NCBI RefSeq assembly: GCF_000189295.2
Contig: NC_016803.1
Span: 1,590,001 to 1,622,000, forward strand
DNA from: Pseudodesulfovibrio mercurii
GTDB taxonomy: Bacteria; Desulfobacterota; Desulfovibrionia; Desulfovibrionales; Desulfovibrionaceae
Direction: 5' to 3'
Length of the DNA stretch: 32,000 nucleotides
The notes below the pieces were generated by a model. That model was not told the origin of the DNA. It did no database searches and saw only the letters and a list, made by a program, of their open reading frames with translations. Position numbers and translations under genes: made by a program. Shown one piece after another: positions 1 through 10,431 of this stretch (positions are counted from its first letter, which is position 1; every line of letters starts with the position of its first letter).

Positions 1-572
<572 letters not shown>

Positions 573-573
573 T

Positions 574-1485
574 ATGGAAAAACTCAAGTCCCTGGACAGC
601 CTGCGTTTCTTTTCCGCCGCCGCGCGCAACCTGAGCTTCACCGGCGCCGCCGCCGAGCTGGGCATCTCCCAGAGCGCGGTCAGCCAGCAGGTGGCCAAGC
701 TGGAGGCCGGGATCGGCTTCAGGCTCTTCGAACGCCGCGCGCGGGGGCTGGCCCTGACCGACAAGGGGGCCCGGCTGTGGACCGCCGTGCGCGAAGGGCT
801 GGGGCGCATCGAGCAGACCCTCCAGGAGCTCGACGACACGCGCCAGCTGGCCCAGATGACCGTGCGCGCCCTGCCGTCCTTCGCCGCCCGCTGGCTGCTG
901 CCCAGGGTCATCAAGCTGCGCCAGTGGGCCCCGGAGCTGAACATCGTGGTCGATGCGGACCTGGCCCGGCCCGACTTCCTGCACGACGGGGTGGACGTGG
1001 CCTTCACCTACGGCAAGACCGACCACCCCGAATGGGACCAGAGCTTCCTGTTCCACGACGCCATCTTTCCGGTGTGCACGCCCGACTTCATGCGCGAGCA
1101 CGCCCTGAACACCCCCAGGGACCTGCGCGGGGGCTACCTGCTGCACGACTCCGTGCCCCAGGCCATCTACAGCACCAACTGGGACGCCTGGTTCGCGGCC
1201 CTGGGCATGTCCCTGCCCCAGGACGGCGCGGGACCGGCCTTCAGCACCCTGGCCATGGTCTGCGAGAGCGCCCTGGCCGGGCAGGGCGTGGCCCTGAGCC
1301 GCTATTCCCTGGTGGCCGACGACCTGGCCGCCGGGCGGCTGGTCCGGCCCTTCGAGCAGGTCACCCTGGAGGACGGCTTCTACCTGGCCTGCCCCAAGTC
1401 GAGCCTGAAGCGCGTGGCCATCCGCAAGTTCTACGAATGGGCCAAGGAACAGGCCGCGCTCTTCCGGGGAGGGATGGTCTTTTGA
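574..1485 (+). CDS. LysR-family transcriptional regulator (GcvA-like)
   Basis: N-terminal HTH LRFFSAAARNLSFTGAAAELGISQSAVSQQVAKLE followed by a LysR substrate-binding-type C-terminal domain. 303 aa. Starts 2 nt after the preceding stop. Confidence 0.9.
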   Translation: MEKLKSLDSLRFFSAAARNLSFTGAAAELGISQSAVSQQVAKLEAGIGFRLFERRARGLALTDKGARLWTAVREGLGRIEQTLQELDDTRQLAQMTVRALPSFAARWLLPRVIKLRQWAPELNIVVDADLARPDFLHDGVDVAFTYGKTDHPEWDQSFLFHDAIFPVCTPDFMREHALNTPRDLRGGYLLHDSVPQAIYSTNWDAWFAALGMSLPQDGAGPAFSTLAMVCESALAGQGVALSRYSLVADDLAAGRLVRPFEQVTLEDGFYLACPKSSLKRVAIRKFYEWAKEQAALFRGGMVF

Positions 1486-2336
1486 TCCGGCCCGTCGCCC
1501 GCCCGGAATCCGCCGCTCCCTCGGGCTGGAAGGCGGAGCTCGGCTTCGACTTCGCCCGGTCGGGCGGGCGGACCGTCCCGGCCCGCCGCCGCCATCGCGG
1601 GCCCCTGGCCATGCAGCGCCCCTTCTACCCGGAGCGCGACGTCTGCCACGTCTACGCCCTGCACCCGCCAGGCGGCGTGGTCGGCGGGGACCGGCTGCTG
1701 TTCGACGTGCGGGCCGAAAGCGGCGCGCACGGCCTGGTGACCACGCCCTCGGCGGGCAAGTTCTACCGCACGGCCGGTCCGGCGGCCGTCCAGGAACAGC
1801 GGCTGGCCGTGGCCCCCGGCGGGGCCCTGGACTGGCTGCCCCTCGAGACCATCGTCTACCCCGGTGCCGACGCCCGGCTCTCTACCAGGGTGGACCTGGC
1901 GGGCGACGCCGCCTTTTTCGGCTGGGAGGTGATCTGCCTCGGCCTGCCCGCGTCGAACGCCCCCTTCGACCGGGGGTTTTTCGTCCAGACCCTGGAGATA
2001 TACCGCGACGGGGAGCCGGTCCTGCTCGAACGGGCGCGCTTCGAGGGCGGCTCCGCCCTGTTGCGCGAGCCGTGGGGGCTTTGCGGGCACACGGTCTTCG
2101 GCACCCTGGCCGGGACCGTGGACGACCCCGCCCTGGCGGAGCGCATCCGCGAACGCGCCGCGCGCGAGGTCCGCGACGAACGATTTTCCCTGACCCGATT
2201 CGACGGCCTGACCGTCTGCCGGGTCATGGGCGACAACGCCTTCCGGGTGCGCGGCCTGCTCGCCGCCGCCTGGGACGCCATGCGACTCGAACGCCTGGGC
2301 CGGGCGGCCTGCCCCCCCAGGGTCTGGAACACGTAA
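1482..2336 (+). CDS. ureD: Urease accessory protein UreD
   Basis: UreD-like N-terminus [10 protein letters not shown]...RTV...[14 protein letters not shown] lies upstream of the first ATG (1611). The only canonical in-frame start upstream of it is TTG 1482, which overlaps the LysR stop. The longer track ORF from 777 overlaps the LysR gene and is rejected. The exact start is uncertain. Confidence 0.8.
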   Translation: MIRPVARPESAAPSGWKAELGFDFARSGGRTVPARRRHRGPLAMQRPFYPERDVCHVYALHPPGGVVGGDRLLFDVRAESGAHGLVTTPSAGKFYRTAGPAAVQEQRLAVAPGGALDWLPLETIVYPGADARLSTRVDLAGDAAFFGWEVICLGLPASNAPFDRGFFVQTLEIYRDGEPVLLERARFEGGSALLREPWGLCGHTVFGTLAGTVDDPALAERIRERAAREVRDERFSLTRFDGLTVCRVMGDNAFRVRGLLAAAWDAMRLERLGRAACPPRVWNT

Positions 2337-2352
2337 ACCAAGGAGCGCGGGC

Positions 2353-2655
2353 ATGAAGCTCTCTCCCAGAGAAAAGGACAAGCTGCTGATCTTCTGCGCC
2401 GGAATGCTGGCCACCCAGCGCAAGGAGCGGGGCCTCCGACTCAACTATCCCGAAGCCATGGCCTTCATCGCCTCGGCCATCCTGGAAGGCGCCCGCGAGG
2501 GCCGGACCGTGGCCGAACTCATGGACTACGGCACCACCCTGCTGACCCGCGAGGACGTCATGGACGGCATCCCCGAGATGATCCGCGAGGTCCAGGTGGA
2601 GGCCACCTTCCCGGACGGCACCAAGCTGGTCACCGTCCACAACCCCATCCTGTGA
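2353..2655 (+). CDS. ureA: Urease gamma subunit
   Basis: 100 aa. [14 protein letters not shown]...[10 protein letters not shown]...VTVHNPI is the canonical UreA sequence pattern. Confidence 0.97.
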   Translation: MKLSPREKDKLLIFCAGMLATQRKERGLRLNYPEAMAFIASAILEGAREGRTVAELMDYGTTLLTREDVMDGIPEMIREVQVEATFPDGTKLVTVHNPIL

Positions 2656-2663
2656 GGCGCGCC

Positions 2664-2972
2664 ATGATTCCCGGAGAAATCCTCTACGCCGACGGCGAGA
2701 TCGAACTGAACGCGGGCCGCGCGACCGTGACCCTGACCGTGGCCAACGCGGGCGACCGGCCCATCCAGGTGGGCTCGCACTACCACTTCTTCGAGACCAA
2801 CGAGGGGTTGGTCTTCGACCGCGACCGGGCCAGGGGCTTCCGCCTGAACATCCCGGCGGGCACGGCCGTGCGCTTCGAGCCGGGCCAGACCCGCGACGTG
2901 GAGCTGGTGGCCCTGGCGGGCAAACGGGAAGTGTACGGATTCAACGCCAAAGTCATGGGCAAGCTGGACTAG
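2664..2972 (+). CDS. ureB: Urease beta subunit
   Basis: MIPGEI...[18 protein letters not shown] is the canonical UreB pattern. ATG 2664 is preferred over GTG 2652 because UreB proteins normally begin MIPGE. Confidence 0.95.
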   Translation: MIPGEILYADGEIELNAGRATVTLTVANAGDRPIQVGSHYHFFETNEGLVFDRDRARGFRLNIPAGTAVRFEPGQTRDVELVALAGKREVYGFNAKVMGKLD

Positions 2973-2981
2973 GGGGGCGGC

Positions 2982-4685
2982 ATGGCAAAGATCGACAGAA
3001 GGACCTACGGCGACATGTTCGGCCCGACCACGGGCGACCGCGTCCGGCTGGGCGACACCGACCTGATCATCGAGGTCGAGGCGGACCACGCCGTGTACGG
3101 CGAAGAGGTCAAGTTCGGCGGGGGCAAGGTCCTGCGCGACGGCATGGGCCAGTCCCAGGCGGCCAACGACACGGCCGTGGACACGGTCATCACCAACGCC
3201 CTGATCCTGGACCACTGGGGCATCGTCAAGGCGGACATCGGCCTCAAAAACGGCCGCATCCACGCCATCGGCAAGGCGGGCAACCCCGACACCCAGCCCG
3301 GCGTGGACATCGTGGTCGGCCCCGGCACCGAGGCCATCGCGGGCGAGGGGCTCATCGCCACGGCGGGCGGCATCGACTCGCACATCCATTTTATCTGCCC
3401 GCAGCAGGTGGAGGACGCGCTCATGTCGGGCGTGACCACCATGATAGGCGGCGGCACCGGCCCGGCGGCCGGGACCAACGCCACCACCTGCACGCCCGGC
3501 CCGTGGAACATCATGCGCATGCTCCAGGCCTCGGACGGGCTGCCCATGAACCTGGGCTGGCTGGGCAAGGGCAACGCCTCCCTGCCCGGCTCCCTGAACG
3601 AACAGCTCGAGGCCGGGGCCATGGGCCTCAAGCTGCACGAGGACTGGGGCACCACCCCGGCGGCCATCGACAATTGCCTGGACGCGGCCGAACGGTACGA
3701 CGTCCAGGTGGCCATCCACACCGACACCCTGAACGAGTCCGGCTTCGTGGAGAACACCCTGGCCGCCTTCCGTGGGCGGACCATCCACGCCTACCACACC
3801 GAGGGCGCGGGCGGCGGCCACGCCCCGGACATCATCAAGGCCTGCGGGCAGCAGAACGTGCTGCCCTCGTCCACCAACCCGACCCGGCCCTACACCGTGA
3901 ACACGGCCGACGAGCACCTGGACATGCTCATGGTCTGCCACCACCTGGACGCCTCCATCCCCGAGGACGTGGCCTTCGCCGAGTCGCGCATCCGGCGCGA
4001 GACCATCGCGGCCGAGGACATCCTGCACGACCTGGGCGCGTTCTCCATGATCGCCTCGGACTCCCAGGCCATGGGCCGGGTGGGCGAGGTCATCACCCGC
4101 ACCTGGCAGACGGCCCACAAGATGAAGGCCCAGCGCGGGCCCCTGCCCGAGGACTCGGACCGCAACGACAACTTCCGGGCCAAGCGGTACATCGCCAAGT
4201 ACACCATCAACCCGGCCCTGGCCCACGGCATCCAGCAGGAGGTCGGCTCCCTGGAGGTCGGCAAGCTGGCCGACATCGTCCTCTGGAACCCGGCCTTCTT
4301 CGGGGTCAAGCCGGACATGGTCATCAAGGGCGGGGTCATCGCGGCCGCGCCCATGGGCGACCCCAACGCCTCCATCCCGACCCCGCAGCCGGTCCACTAC
4401 CGGCCCATGTTCGCGACCTTCGGCCGGGCCCTGGCCGCCACCTCACTGACCTTCGTGTCCCGGGCCGCCCTGGAACTCGGCGTGGGGGCCAGGTACGGCC
4501 TGGCCAAGCGCCTGGCCCCGGTCTCCGGCTGCCGTCTGGTGCAAAAAAGAGATATGGTCCACAACGGCTACACCCCGACCATCGAGGTGGACCCGCAGAC
4601 CTACGAGGTCCGGGCCGACGGCGAGCTGCTGACCTGCGAACCGGCGGCCGTCCTGCCCCTGGCCCAGCGCTACTTCCTGTTCTAG
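2982..4685 (+). CDS. ureC: Urease alpha (catalytic) subunit
   Basis: 567 aa. Ni-site motifs [23 protein letters not shown] (carbamylated Lys), [29 protein letters not shown]. Confidence 0.98.
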   Translation: MAKIDRRTYGDMFGPTTGDRVRLGDTDLIIEVEADHAVYGEEVKFGGGKVLRDGMGQSQAANDTAVDTVITNALILDHWGIVKADIGLKNGRIHAIGKAGNPDTQPGVDIVVGPGTEAIAGEGLIATAGGIDSHIHFICPQQVEDALMSGVTTMIGGGTGPAAGTNATTCTPGPWNIMRMLQASDGLPMNLGWLGKGNASLPGSLNEQLEAGAMGLKLHEDWGTTPAAIDNCLDAAERYDVQVAIHTDTLNESGFVENTLAAFRGRTIHAYHTEGAGGGHAPDIIKACGQQNVLPSSTNPTRPYTVNTADEHLDMLMVCHHLDASIPEDVAFAESRIRRETIAAEDILHDLGAFSMIASDSQAMGRVGEVITRTWQTAHKMKAQRGPLPEDSDRNDNFRAKRYIAKYTINPALAHGIQQEVGSLEVGKLADIVLWNPAFFGVKPDMVIKGGVIAAAPMGDPNASIPTPQPVHYRPMFATFGRALAATSLTFVSRAALELGVGARYGLAKRLAPVSGCRLVQKRDMVHNGYTPTIEVDPQTYEVRADGELLTCEPAAVLPLAQRYFLF

Positions 4686-4687
4686 CC

Positions 4688-5161
4688 ATGCTGCGCATCC
4701 GCGAAATCCTGGCCGCGCCGGACGGCCGCACCGACGACGCCCTGACCCTCCCGCACCACCTGCGGGCGCGGTCCCGCCAGCGCGTGCGCCTGGATTCCGG
4801 GCGCGAGGCCGGGCTGCTGCTGCCGCGCGGCACCGTGCTGCGCGACGGGGACGTCCTGCTGGCCGAGGACGGCTGCAGGGTCCTGGTCCGGGCCGACATC
4901 GAGCCCCTGTCCGAGGCGTGCTTCGCGGACGGCCAGGCCATGGCCATGGCCTGCTTCCACCTGGGCAACCGGCACGTGCCCCTGGAGATCGGCCTCGGCC
5001 GCATCCGCTACATCCACGATCCGGTGGTGGACGACATGCTCCGCACCATGGGCTTTGCCGTGACCGCGCTCATGGGGCCGTTCCATCCCGAGGCCGGGGC
5101 CTACCACATGCCCCACATCCGGCTGAACTGCGAACCCGTGTACGTCGGGAGCCGCCCATGA
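4688..5161 (+). CDS. ureE: Urease accessory protein UreE (no His-rich tail)
   Basis: In-frame ATG 3 nt after the ureC stop. Conserved HLGNRH motif. 157 aa. The C-terminus lacks a poly-His tract. Confidence 0.85.
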   Translation: MLRIREILAAPDGRTDDALTLPHHLRARSRQRVRLDSGREAGLLLPRGTVLRDGDVLLAEDGCRVLVRADIEPLSEACFADGQAMAMACFHLGNRHVPLEIGLGRIRYIHDPVVDDMLRTMGFAVTALMGPFHPEAGAYHMPHIRLNCEPVYVGSRP

Positions 5162-5829
5162 GGCCGTCCCCCCAGCTGCTCCGCCTGCTGCAACTGGCCA
5201 GCCCGGCCCTGCCCGTGGGCGCCTTTGCCTATTCCCAGGGGCTCGAATGGGGCGCGGAACACGGGCTGGAAGACGAGGCGGCGGCCGCATCCTGGATCTT
5301 CGGGGTCATGGAGCACGGCCCGGCCCGCCTGGACCTGCCCTGCCTGATCCGCATGCACCGCGCCTGGCTCGACGACGACGAGGCCGAAGTCCGCCGCTGG
5401 TCCGCCCGCCTCCTGGCCTCGCGGGAAACCGCCGAGCTGCGGCAGGAGGAGTTGCAGACCGGGGCGGCCCTGGCCCGGCTGCTGCGCGACCTGGACCTGG
5501 ACGAAGCCGGGGCGTGGACGACCTTTCCCCGACGCACCTTCGCCGCCCTGTTCGCCCTGGCCGGGGCCCGCTGGGGGATCGAAACCGGGGACCTGAGCGC
5601 GGCCTTGCTCTTTGCCTGGGCCGAAAACCAGGCGGCCGCGGCCATCAAGCTGGTCCCCCTGGGCCAGACCTCCGGACAGCGCATCCTGTCCGGGGCGGCC
5701 GGGCTGATTCCCGGGCTGGTGGAGCTGGCCCTGGAACTTCCCGACGCCGAGGTCGGCGGCACGGCCCCCGGCCAGGTCATGGCCTCGGCCCTGCACGAAA
5801 TCCAACGCACGCGGCTGTTCCGTTCCTGA
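5158..5829 (+). CDS. ureF: Urease accessory protein UreF
   Basis: The ATG overlaps the ureE stop (ATGA). N-terminus [22 protein letters not shown] is typical of UreF. 223 aa. Confidence 0.9.
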   Translation: MRPSPQLLRLLQLASPALPVGAFAYSQGLEWGAEHGLEDEAAAASWIFGVMEHGPARLDLPCLIRMHRAWLDDDEAEVRRWSARLLASRETAELRQEELQTGAALARLLRDLDLDEAGAWTTFPRRTFAALFALAGARWGIETGDLSAALLFAWAENQAAAAIKLVPLGQTSGQRILSGAAGLIPGLVELALELPDAEVGGTAPGQVMASALHEIQRTRLFRS

Positions 5830-5855
5830 CGGGCCGTCCGCGTCTTTCGAGGTAC

Positions 5856-6470
<615 letters not shown>

Positions 6471-6544
6471 CCGAGCGAAAGGCTCCGGCGACCGCCGGGA
6501 AGACTCCGGGGACCCGTCGGGGGCCGTGGTTATGAAAATTCTCC

Positions 6545-6588
6545 AAAGACAGAGGGCTTCGGATACGTATCCGAAGCCCTCTGTCTTT
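6545..6588. terminator. Perfect 44-bp palindrome; bidirectional terminator-like hairpin between convergent ureG and the McrC-like gene
   Basis: AAAGACAGAGGGCTTCGGATAC | GTATCCGAAGCCCTCTGTCTTT. The two arms are exact reverse complements. It lies 75 nt after the ureG stop. It is also the homologue of the tRNA-Ala terminator at 17660-17695. Confidence 0.75.
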
Positions 6589-6595
6589 CCGTGAC

Positions 6596-6635
6596 GGAGC
6601 CGCAGGAAATCGAACCCGCGACCTCCTGCATGCCC
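6596..6635 (-). pseudogene. Decayed 3'-half fragment of a tRNA-Ala(GGC)-like gene (anticodon loop to acceptor 3' strand)
   Basis: The minus-strand read is GGGCATGCAGGAGGTCGCGGGTTCGATTTCCTGCGGCTCC. By hand alignment it matches positions ~34-72 of the intact tRNA at 17706-17781 at 32 of 40 positions, ungapped. The T-stem no longer pairs and there is no 5' half, so it is non-functional. Confidence 0.7.
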
Positions 6636-6658
6636 TTCCCGCGATCCCCTCTCCTCCG

Positions 6659-8293
6659 TCACCCCTCCTGATGCGGGACGTGGTCGGCGGGGTTGGTCGG
6701 CGCCGGGGGGACGCAGGGGGGCCCGTCCTGTTGCCCGACGGCCGAGGCGAGCCATGCCTCGAGTTCGCGGTCATTGGTTGCCGAGGGCCGAAGCTCCCAG
6801 ACCCCGCGCGCGAAGGTCTCGCGGAAGGCGGGCGAAAACCACTCCCGCGTGTCGTCCCCGGCCTTGGGCGAAAGGAGGAACGACCAGACGGGCGACCCGC
6901 CCAGGTCCTCCCAGACCAGGGCGTCGCGGTAGATGTGGACCGAGGCGAAGGCGTTGCCGAGGTTGGCCCGGCCCACCCGGTACTTGGCGTCCAGGCAAGC
7001 CCACCACCCGTCGCCGGACGGACGGCGCACCGACAGGACGATGTCGGGCCGCCGTTCGGACGACAGGGACCAGCGTTTGGCGTTTGAGCGGGCGAAAAAG
7101 CCCGGGAAGACGGCGTTGAACTCGACCTCGACCCGCGTCCCGTCCGGGGCGACGCCGCACGCCGCCGCGCCCGCGCCGGAACTGCCGAGATCGAGGATCC
7201 TGCCGTACCCGCGCGTGATCCAGGACCAGCCGGGCAATGCGTTACGCAACCCCTCGACCACCGAGAGGAAGCACCATATCTCGTACAGTTCGAAACTCGG
7301 CCGGACCGGCGCGCCCAGCTGGGCGGCGTTGCCGTCGAGGTTGAAACGCGGCGAACAGAACAACCGGCCGAGATTGTGGAAGCGCGCGTAGACGGGGTCG
7401 TCCAGGACCACGAGCAGGGCGGCTTCACTCGGTGGGCGCGGGGTCAGGTGGCGCAGGGGGGACCGGCGGATCGCCCGGCGCACGGAGGCTGCGGCCGCTT
7501 CCATGGCCGAGGATCGCGCCAGGCACCAGGGGGCGCTGTCGTTGCCCGGATAGCGTTCGGCCATCTCCCGCAGGGCCGTGGACACGGACTCGAGCCGCCT
7601 GGCCGCGCGCCCGGCGAGCCAGAGCACATAGCGGTTGGCGGGATGGTCGATGGTCTCCTGGACCCGGCGCAGCGGCACGAGCGGTTCGTCGCCGAGCAGC
7701 TCCAGCCGCTTCCAGGGGTCGAGCCAGGCCCCGACTTCGGGGTGGCGGCTGACCCAGGAAACGGCCTCGCGGCCCGCCTTGCGCATGCGCCGCAGCTCCA
7801 CGTCGGCCCAGTAGCCCGCGTCCTTGGTCCGGGGCGAGGTGCAGATGGCGGTCAGGCTCTCGACAAGGGCGCGGACGAGCGGCAGCAGCGCCACGGTCAG
7901 GAACTGCGGGGACGCCCCGCCGTGCACGTCGGCGCTGCCGCCCTGGCCGCCCTCCATGCCGACGCTCGCCCCGCTCAGCCAGGTCTCGACGTCGGCCAGC
8001 ATGGCCTGCCATTCGCCCTGGAGCAATTTGTATCCCGACGGCCGGACGCGGACCGGATACTCGGCCCGCTCCCCTTCCGACTCGACGCGCAGCAGGCTGT
8101 CGCCGACCCAGAAGCCGGTCGTCAGGGCGAAGCGCCCGGCGGCAACGGCCGGAAGCGGCAGGTGGTCGAGCCACAGCCGGGCATCCGGGCCGGTCTCGAC
8201 GACGACCTCGTAGGAGGCGTTTTCCTCCAGGCGCAGGCTGCCGAACTCGGGGCCGATGCGTTCGCCCGCGCAGAACACGCTGCACTCGATCAT
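6659..8293 (-). CDS. McrC-like nuclease subunit (DUF2357-type N-terminal region + C-terminal PD-(D/E)xK nuclease)
   Basis: Start taken at MIECSV (Met77 of the track ORF); its ATG overlaps the McrB-like stop (ATGA). The DUF2357-like segment is VRVRPSGYKLLQGEWQAMLADVETWL ... FELYEIWCFLSVVEGL. The nuclease motif is RRPDIVL ...(x18)... ACLDAKYR, i.e. D...D-x-K as in McrC. Confidence 0.75.
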   Translation of the reverse strand: MIECSVFCAGERIGPEFGSLRLEENASYEVVVETGPDARLWLDHLPLPAVAAGRFALTTGFWVGDSLLRVESEGERAEYPVRVRPSGYKLLQGEWQAMLADVETWLSGASVGMEGGQGGSADVHGGASPQFLTVALLPLVRALVESLTAICTSPRTKDAGYWADVELRRMRKAGREAVSWVSRHPEVGAWLDPWKRLELLGDEPLVPLRRVQETIDHPANRYVLWLAGRAARRLESVSTALREMAERYPGNDSAPWCLARSSAMEAAAASVRRAIRRSPLRHLTPRPPSEAALLVVLDDPVYARFHNLGRLFCSPRFNLDGNAAQLGAPVRPSFELYEIWCFLSVVEGLRNALPGWSWITRGYGRILDLGSSGAGAAACGVAPDGTRVEVEFNAVFPGFFARSNAKRWSLSSERRPDIVLSVRRPSGDGWWACLDAKYRVGRANLGNAFASVHIYRDALVWEDLGGSPVWSFLLSPKAGDDTREWFSPAFRETFARGVWELRPSATNDRELEAWLASAVGQQDGPPCVPPAPTNPADHVPHQEG

Positions 8294-10404
8294 GCCCAGA
8301 ATCTCGTCACGCCGGTGGCCGAAAGCTGTTCCGTCATGCTCTCGATCTTGGCCGCGCTCTTGGTCAGGCCGTTCTCCTGGCAGATGTGCCGCACGTTCCC
8401 GAGGGCATTGAGTAGGCTCGGGCTCTCCTCGCCGCGCAACCTCGGCAGGATCTTGGAGAAGACGGCCTGGTCGAGCAGCTCGGTGGCGACGCTCTGGTCG
8501 GTCAGGCCGTTGTTCGCGCAACTGCCCACGAAGGCGAGCATCTCGTCGGCGACCCGGTAGCCGAAGTGGCGGCGGATGGCCTTCAGTTCACCCTGCAGGG
8601 CGATGAGCAGCTTCTCCACCTCGGGCATCCGCCGCTCCGGGGGCTGCCGGTCGAAGAAGCCCTCGAGCTCCACGTCCCAGAATTCGAAGGTGAAGGCCCT
8701 GTCCAGCACCTTGTCGCTGAAGGGATGGGTGGTCTCGTCCATGTTCACGGTCCCGCCCACGAACAGGTTGCGCGGCCAGGGGATGGAGGGCGGCACGTCG
8801 TTGACGTAGTCCTCGTTGGCGTGGAGGCTCAATGCGCCGTCGATCTCCATGGCCGACAGGAAGGGGGCGAAATAGCGCTCCACCCGGGCCATGTTCATCT
8901 CGTCGAGGATGAGGAAGTAGGGCTGGTCCGGGTGCTGGGCCGCCCCGAGCACGACGCGCAGTCCGGGCTCCGCCTGGAAGGTCGGGTCGGCGTGCAGCGC
9001 GTTGAGATAGCCGAGCAGCCCCGAGGGGTCGCGCCAGTCCGGGGAGACCGCGACCACGGCCATGTGCTCTTCGGGATCGACCCCCGCCAGATCGCAGTAC
9101 ATGCGGGCGTAGTGCCGCAACAGCGCGGTCTTTCCCGTACCGGACAGCCCGGAGAGGATGACGAAGCGCTTCTTGTCCAGACAATGCCAGGCGAGGTGGA
9201 GGGAATTGAGCTGGTTCTCGGAAAAGACGTATTTCTTCAGCTCCGGATCGGTGGCGAAGCGCTCGGCGATATCCTGGAGGGAGGGCCAGGAGACCGCTTC
9301 CTCCTCTTCCTCTTCGACGTGCCGGGGCGGTTGCTGTACGGGCAGGGACGGGGTGGGGATGCTCTCCGGCAGGGCCGAGGCCCAGTAGCGGCCGTAGTCG
9401 GTCAGGCTGTATTCCTTGTCCTCCTCATTGATGAGCCCGAGCCCCTTTGCCCAGGCCCCCAGGGAGCTGGGCGCGAAGTCGGTGGTCCATTGGGGGTAGA
9501 TCTTCCGCAGGTCTTCGTGGAGCGCCTTTTTGGCCATGACCGGCTGTTGTTCGAGCAGGCGCAGGATGTGGGCGAAGCCGAATACCGACTCGACCATCCG
9601 CTTCACGAGCAGGTCAGGCAGCTCCGATTCGAGGAACTGCTCGCCCAACTCGCTGGGATGCCACAGGCCGCCGCCCCGGTGCTCGATGAGGCCCAGCCGT
9701 TTCAAGATACTGAAAATGCTTCGACAGGACTGCGGGGTGTACTGGCTGAAGAAATCACCGTTGCGCAGGACCTCGGCAAACTCCTCCTTGTCGATGCCGC
9801 CGATGGTCATGCCGATAGCTTCCCGGTAGCCGTCCACGTACCCGTTCGTTGCCGCTATGCCCTTGAACTGCTTGTTGGCGGGCCAAAGGTCCAGGACCGG
9901 GGGGGCCTCGTCGGCGTCCAGTTCCTCGTCCGAACCGTAGCGGTCCTTCCAGTACGGCTCGTTGCGGAACTGCGCGCAATTCTGCCCCTTGCCGTCAAAG
10001 GTGAAGGCGATCAGGGCGTCCGCCATCCACGACGAGCCTTCGACCACCTTCCAGATGGTCCCCTGGTAAGTGTAAAAGTACCATTCGCGGATGGGGTCGA
10101 CAGGGGTCCAGTCCACCTGGACGGTCTTGCCGTTGCCGTCGTTGGCCGTGATGGTTCCCACGGCCTTGATGCTCATGACCGAGACAGGCCTGCCCCGGTT
10201 GTCGAAGGGCAGGTCGCGCTTGCGCGTGTAGCTGGCCTTGATGGCGATGCGCTCCCCGGGCTTCATGGCCTTCACATGGTCGGTGTATTTGTCGTCGTAG
10301 CCGTTTTCCCAGATGCCCTCGGAGAGAAAACGGTCGGCCTGGTCGCCCTTGCTCCAGGCCGCGCCGACAAACCAGTATGTCCTCTTTTCCGTGCTCATGT
10401 TCAT
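8290..10404 (-). CDS. McrB-family AAA+ GTPase with N-terminal beta-rich reader-like domain and two wHTH-like segments
   Basis: Walker A LSGLSGTGKTAL and Walker B YFLILDEMNMA. The McrB-signature segment GGTVNMDETTHPFSDKVLDRAFTFEF resembles, from memory, the MNTADRS...RRRF segment of E. coli McrB. RBS AAGGA precedes the ATG. 704 aa. Confidence 0.85.
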   Translation of the reverse strand: MNMSTEKRTYWFVGAAWSKGDQADRFLSEGIWENGYDDKYTDHVKAMKPGERIAIKASYTRKRDLPFDNRGRPVSVMSIKAVGTITANDGNGKTVQVDWTPVDPIREWYFYTYQGTIWKVVEGSSWMADALIAFTFDGKGQNCAQFRNEPYWKDRYGSDEELDADEAPPVLDLWPANKQFKGIAATNGYVDGYREAIGMTIGGIDKEEFAEVLRNGDFFSQYTPQSCRSIFSILKRLGLIEHRGGGLWHPSELGEQFLESELPDLLVKRMVESVFGFAHILRLLEQQPVMAKKALHEDLRKIYPQWTTDFAPSSLGAWAKGLGLINEEDKEYSLTDYGRYWASALPESIPTPSLPVQQPPRHVEEEEEEAVSWPSLQDIAERFATDPELKKYVFSENQLNSLHLAWHCLDKKRFVILSGLSGTGKTALLRHYARMYCDLAGVDPEEHMAVVAVSPDWRDPSGLLGYLNALHADPTFQAEPGLRVVLGAAQHPDQPYFLILDEMNMARVERYFAPFLSAMEIDGALSLHANEDYVNDVPPSIPWPRNLFVGGTVNMDETTHPFSDKVLDRAFTFEFWDVELEGFFDRQPPERRMPEVEKLLIALQGELKAIRRHFGYRVADEMLAFVGSCANNGLTDQSVATELLDQAVFSKILPRLRGEESPSLLNALGNVRHICQENGLTKSAAKIESMTEQLSATGVTRFWA

Positions 10405-10431
10405 ATCCTTTGCTTGTCCCTCGACGGGAAT

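Larger units (their letters stand above)
6543..6635. repeat. Left copy of the island-flanking imperfect direct repeat (terminator hairpin + tRNA-Ala 3' half)
   Basis: Hand alignment to 17658-17750, same orientation. First 22 nt match 19/22 (CCAAAGA.A.AGGGCT.CGGAT). CCGAAGCCCT matches 10/10. The tRNA part matches 32/40. There is one 1-nt length difference in the hairpin loop. Confidence 0.75.

Noticed and set aside
2526-4397. 623-aa ORF antisense to ureC. Similar long antisense or out-of-frame ORFs occur elsewhere, e.g. 3503-5161 upstream part, 5229-6755, 466-1146 and 1431-2444.
   Set aside because: Their translations are Arg/Gly/Pro/Ala/His-rich with no motifs. They overlap genes with unambiguous family signatures. 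This is the typical stop-codon-poor shadow-frame effect in GC-rich DNA.
8294-8521. 76-codon N-terminal extension of the McrC-like ORF (the track start is TTG 8521).
   Set aside because: The extension lies entirely inside the McrB-like coding region and is Arg/Pro/Glu-rich junk. The internal ATG at 8293 gives the classic ATGA stop-start overlap.
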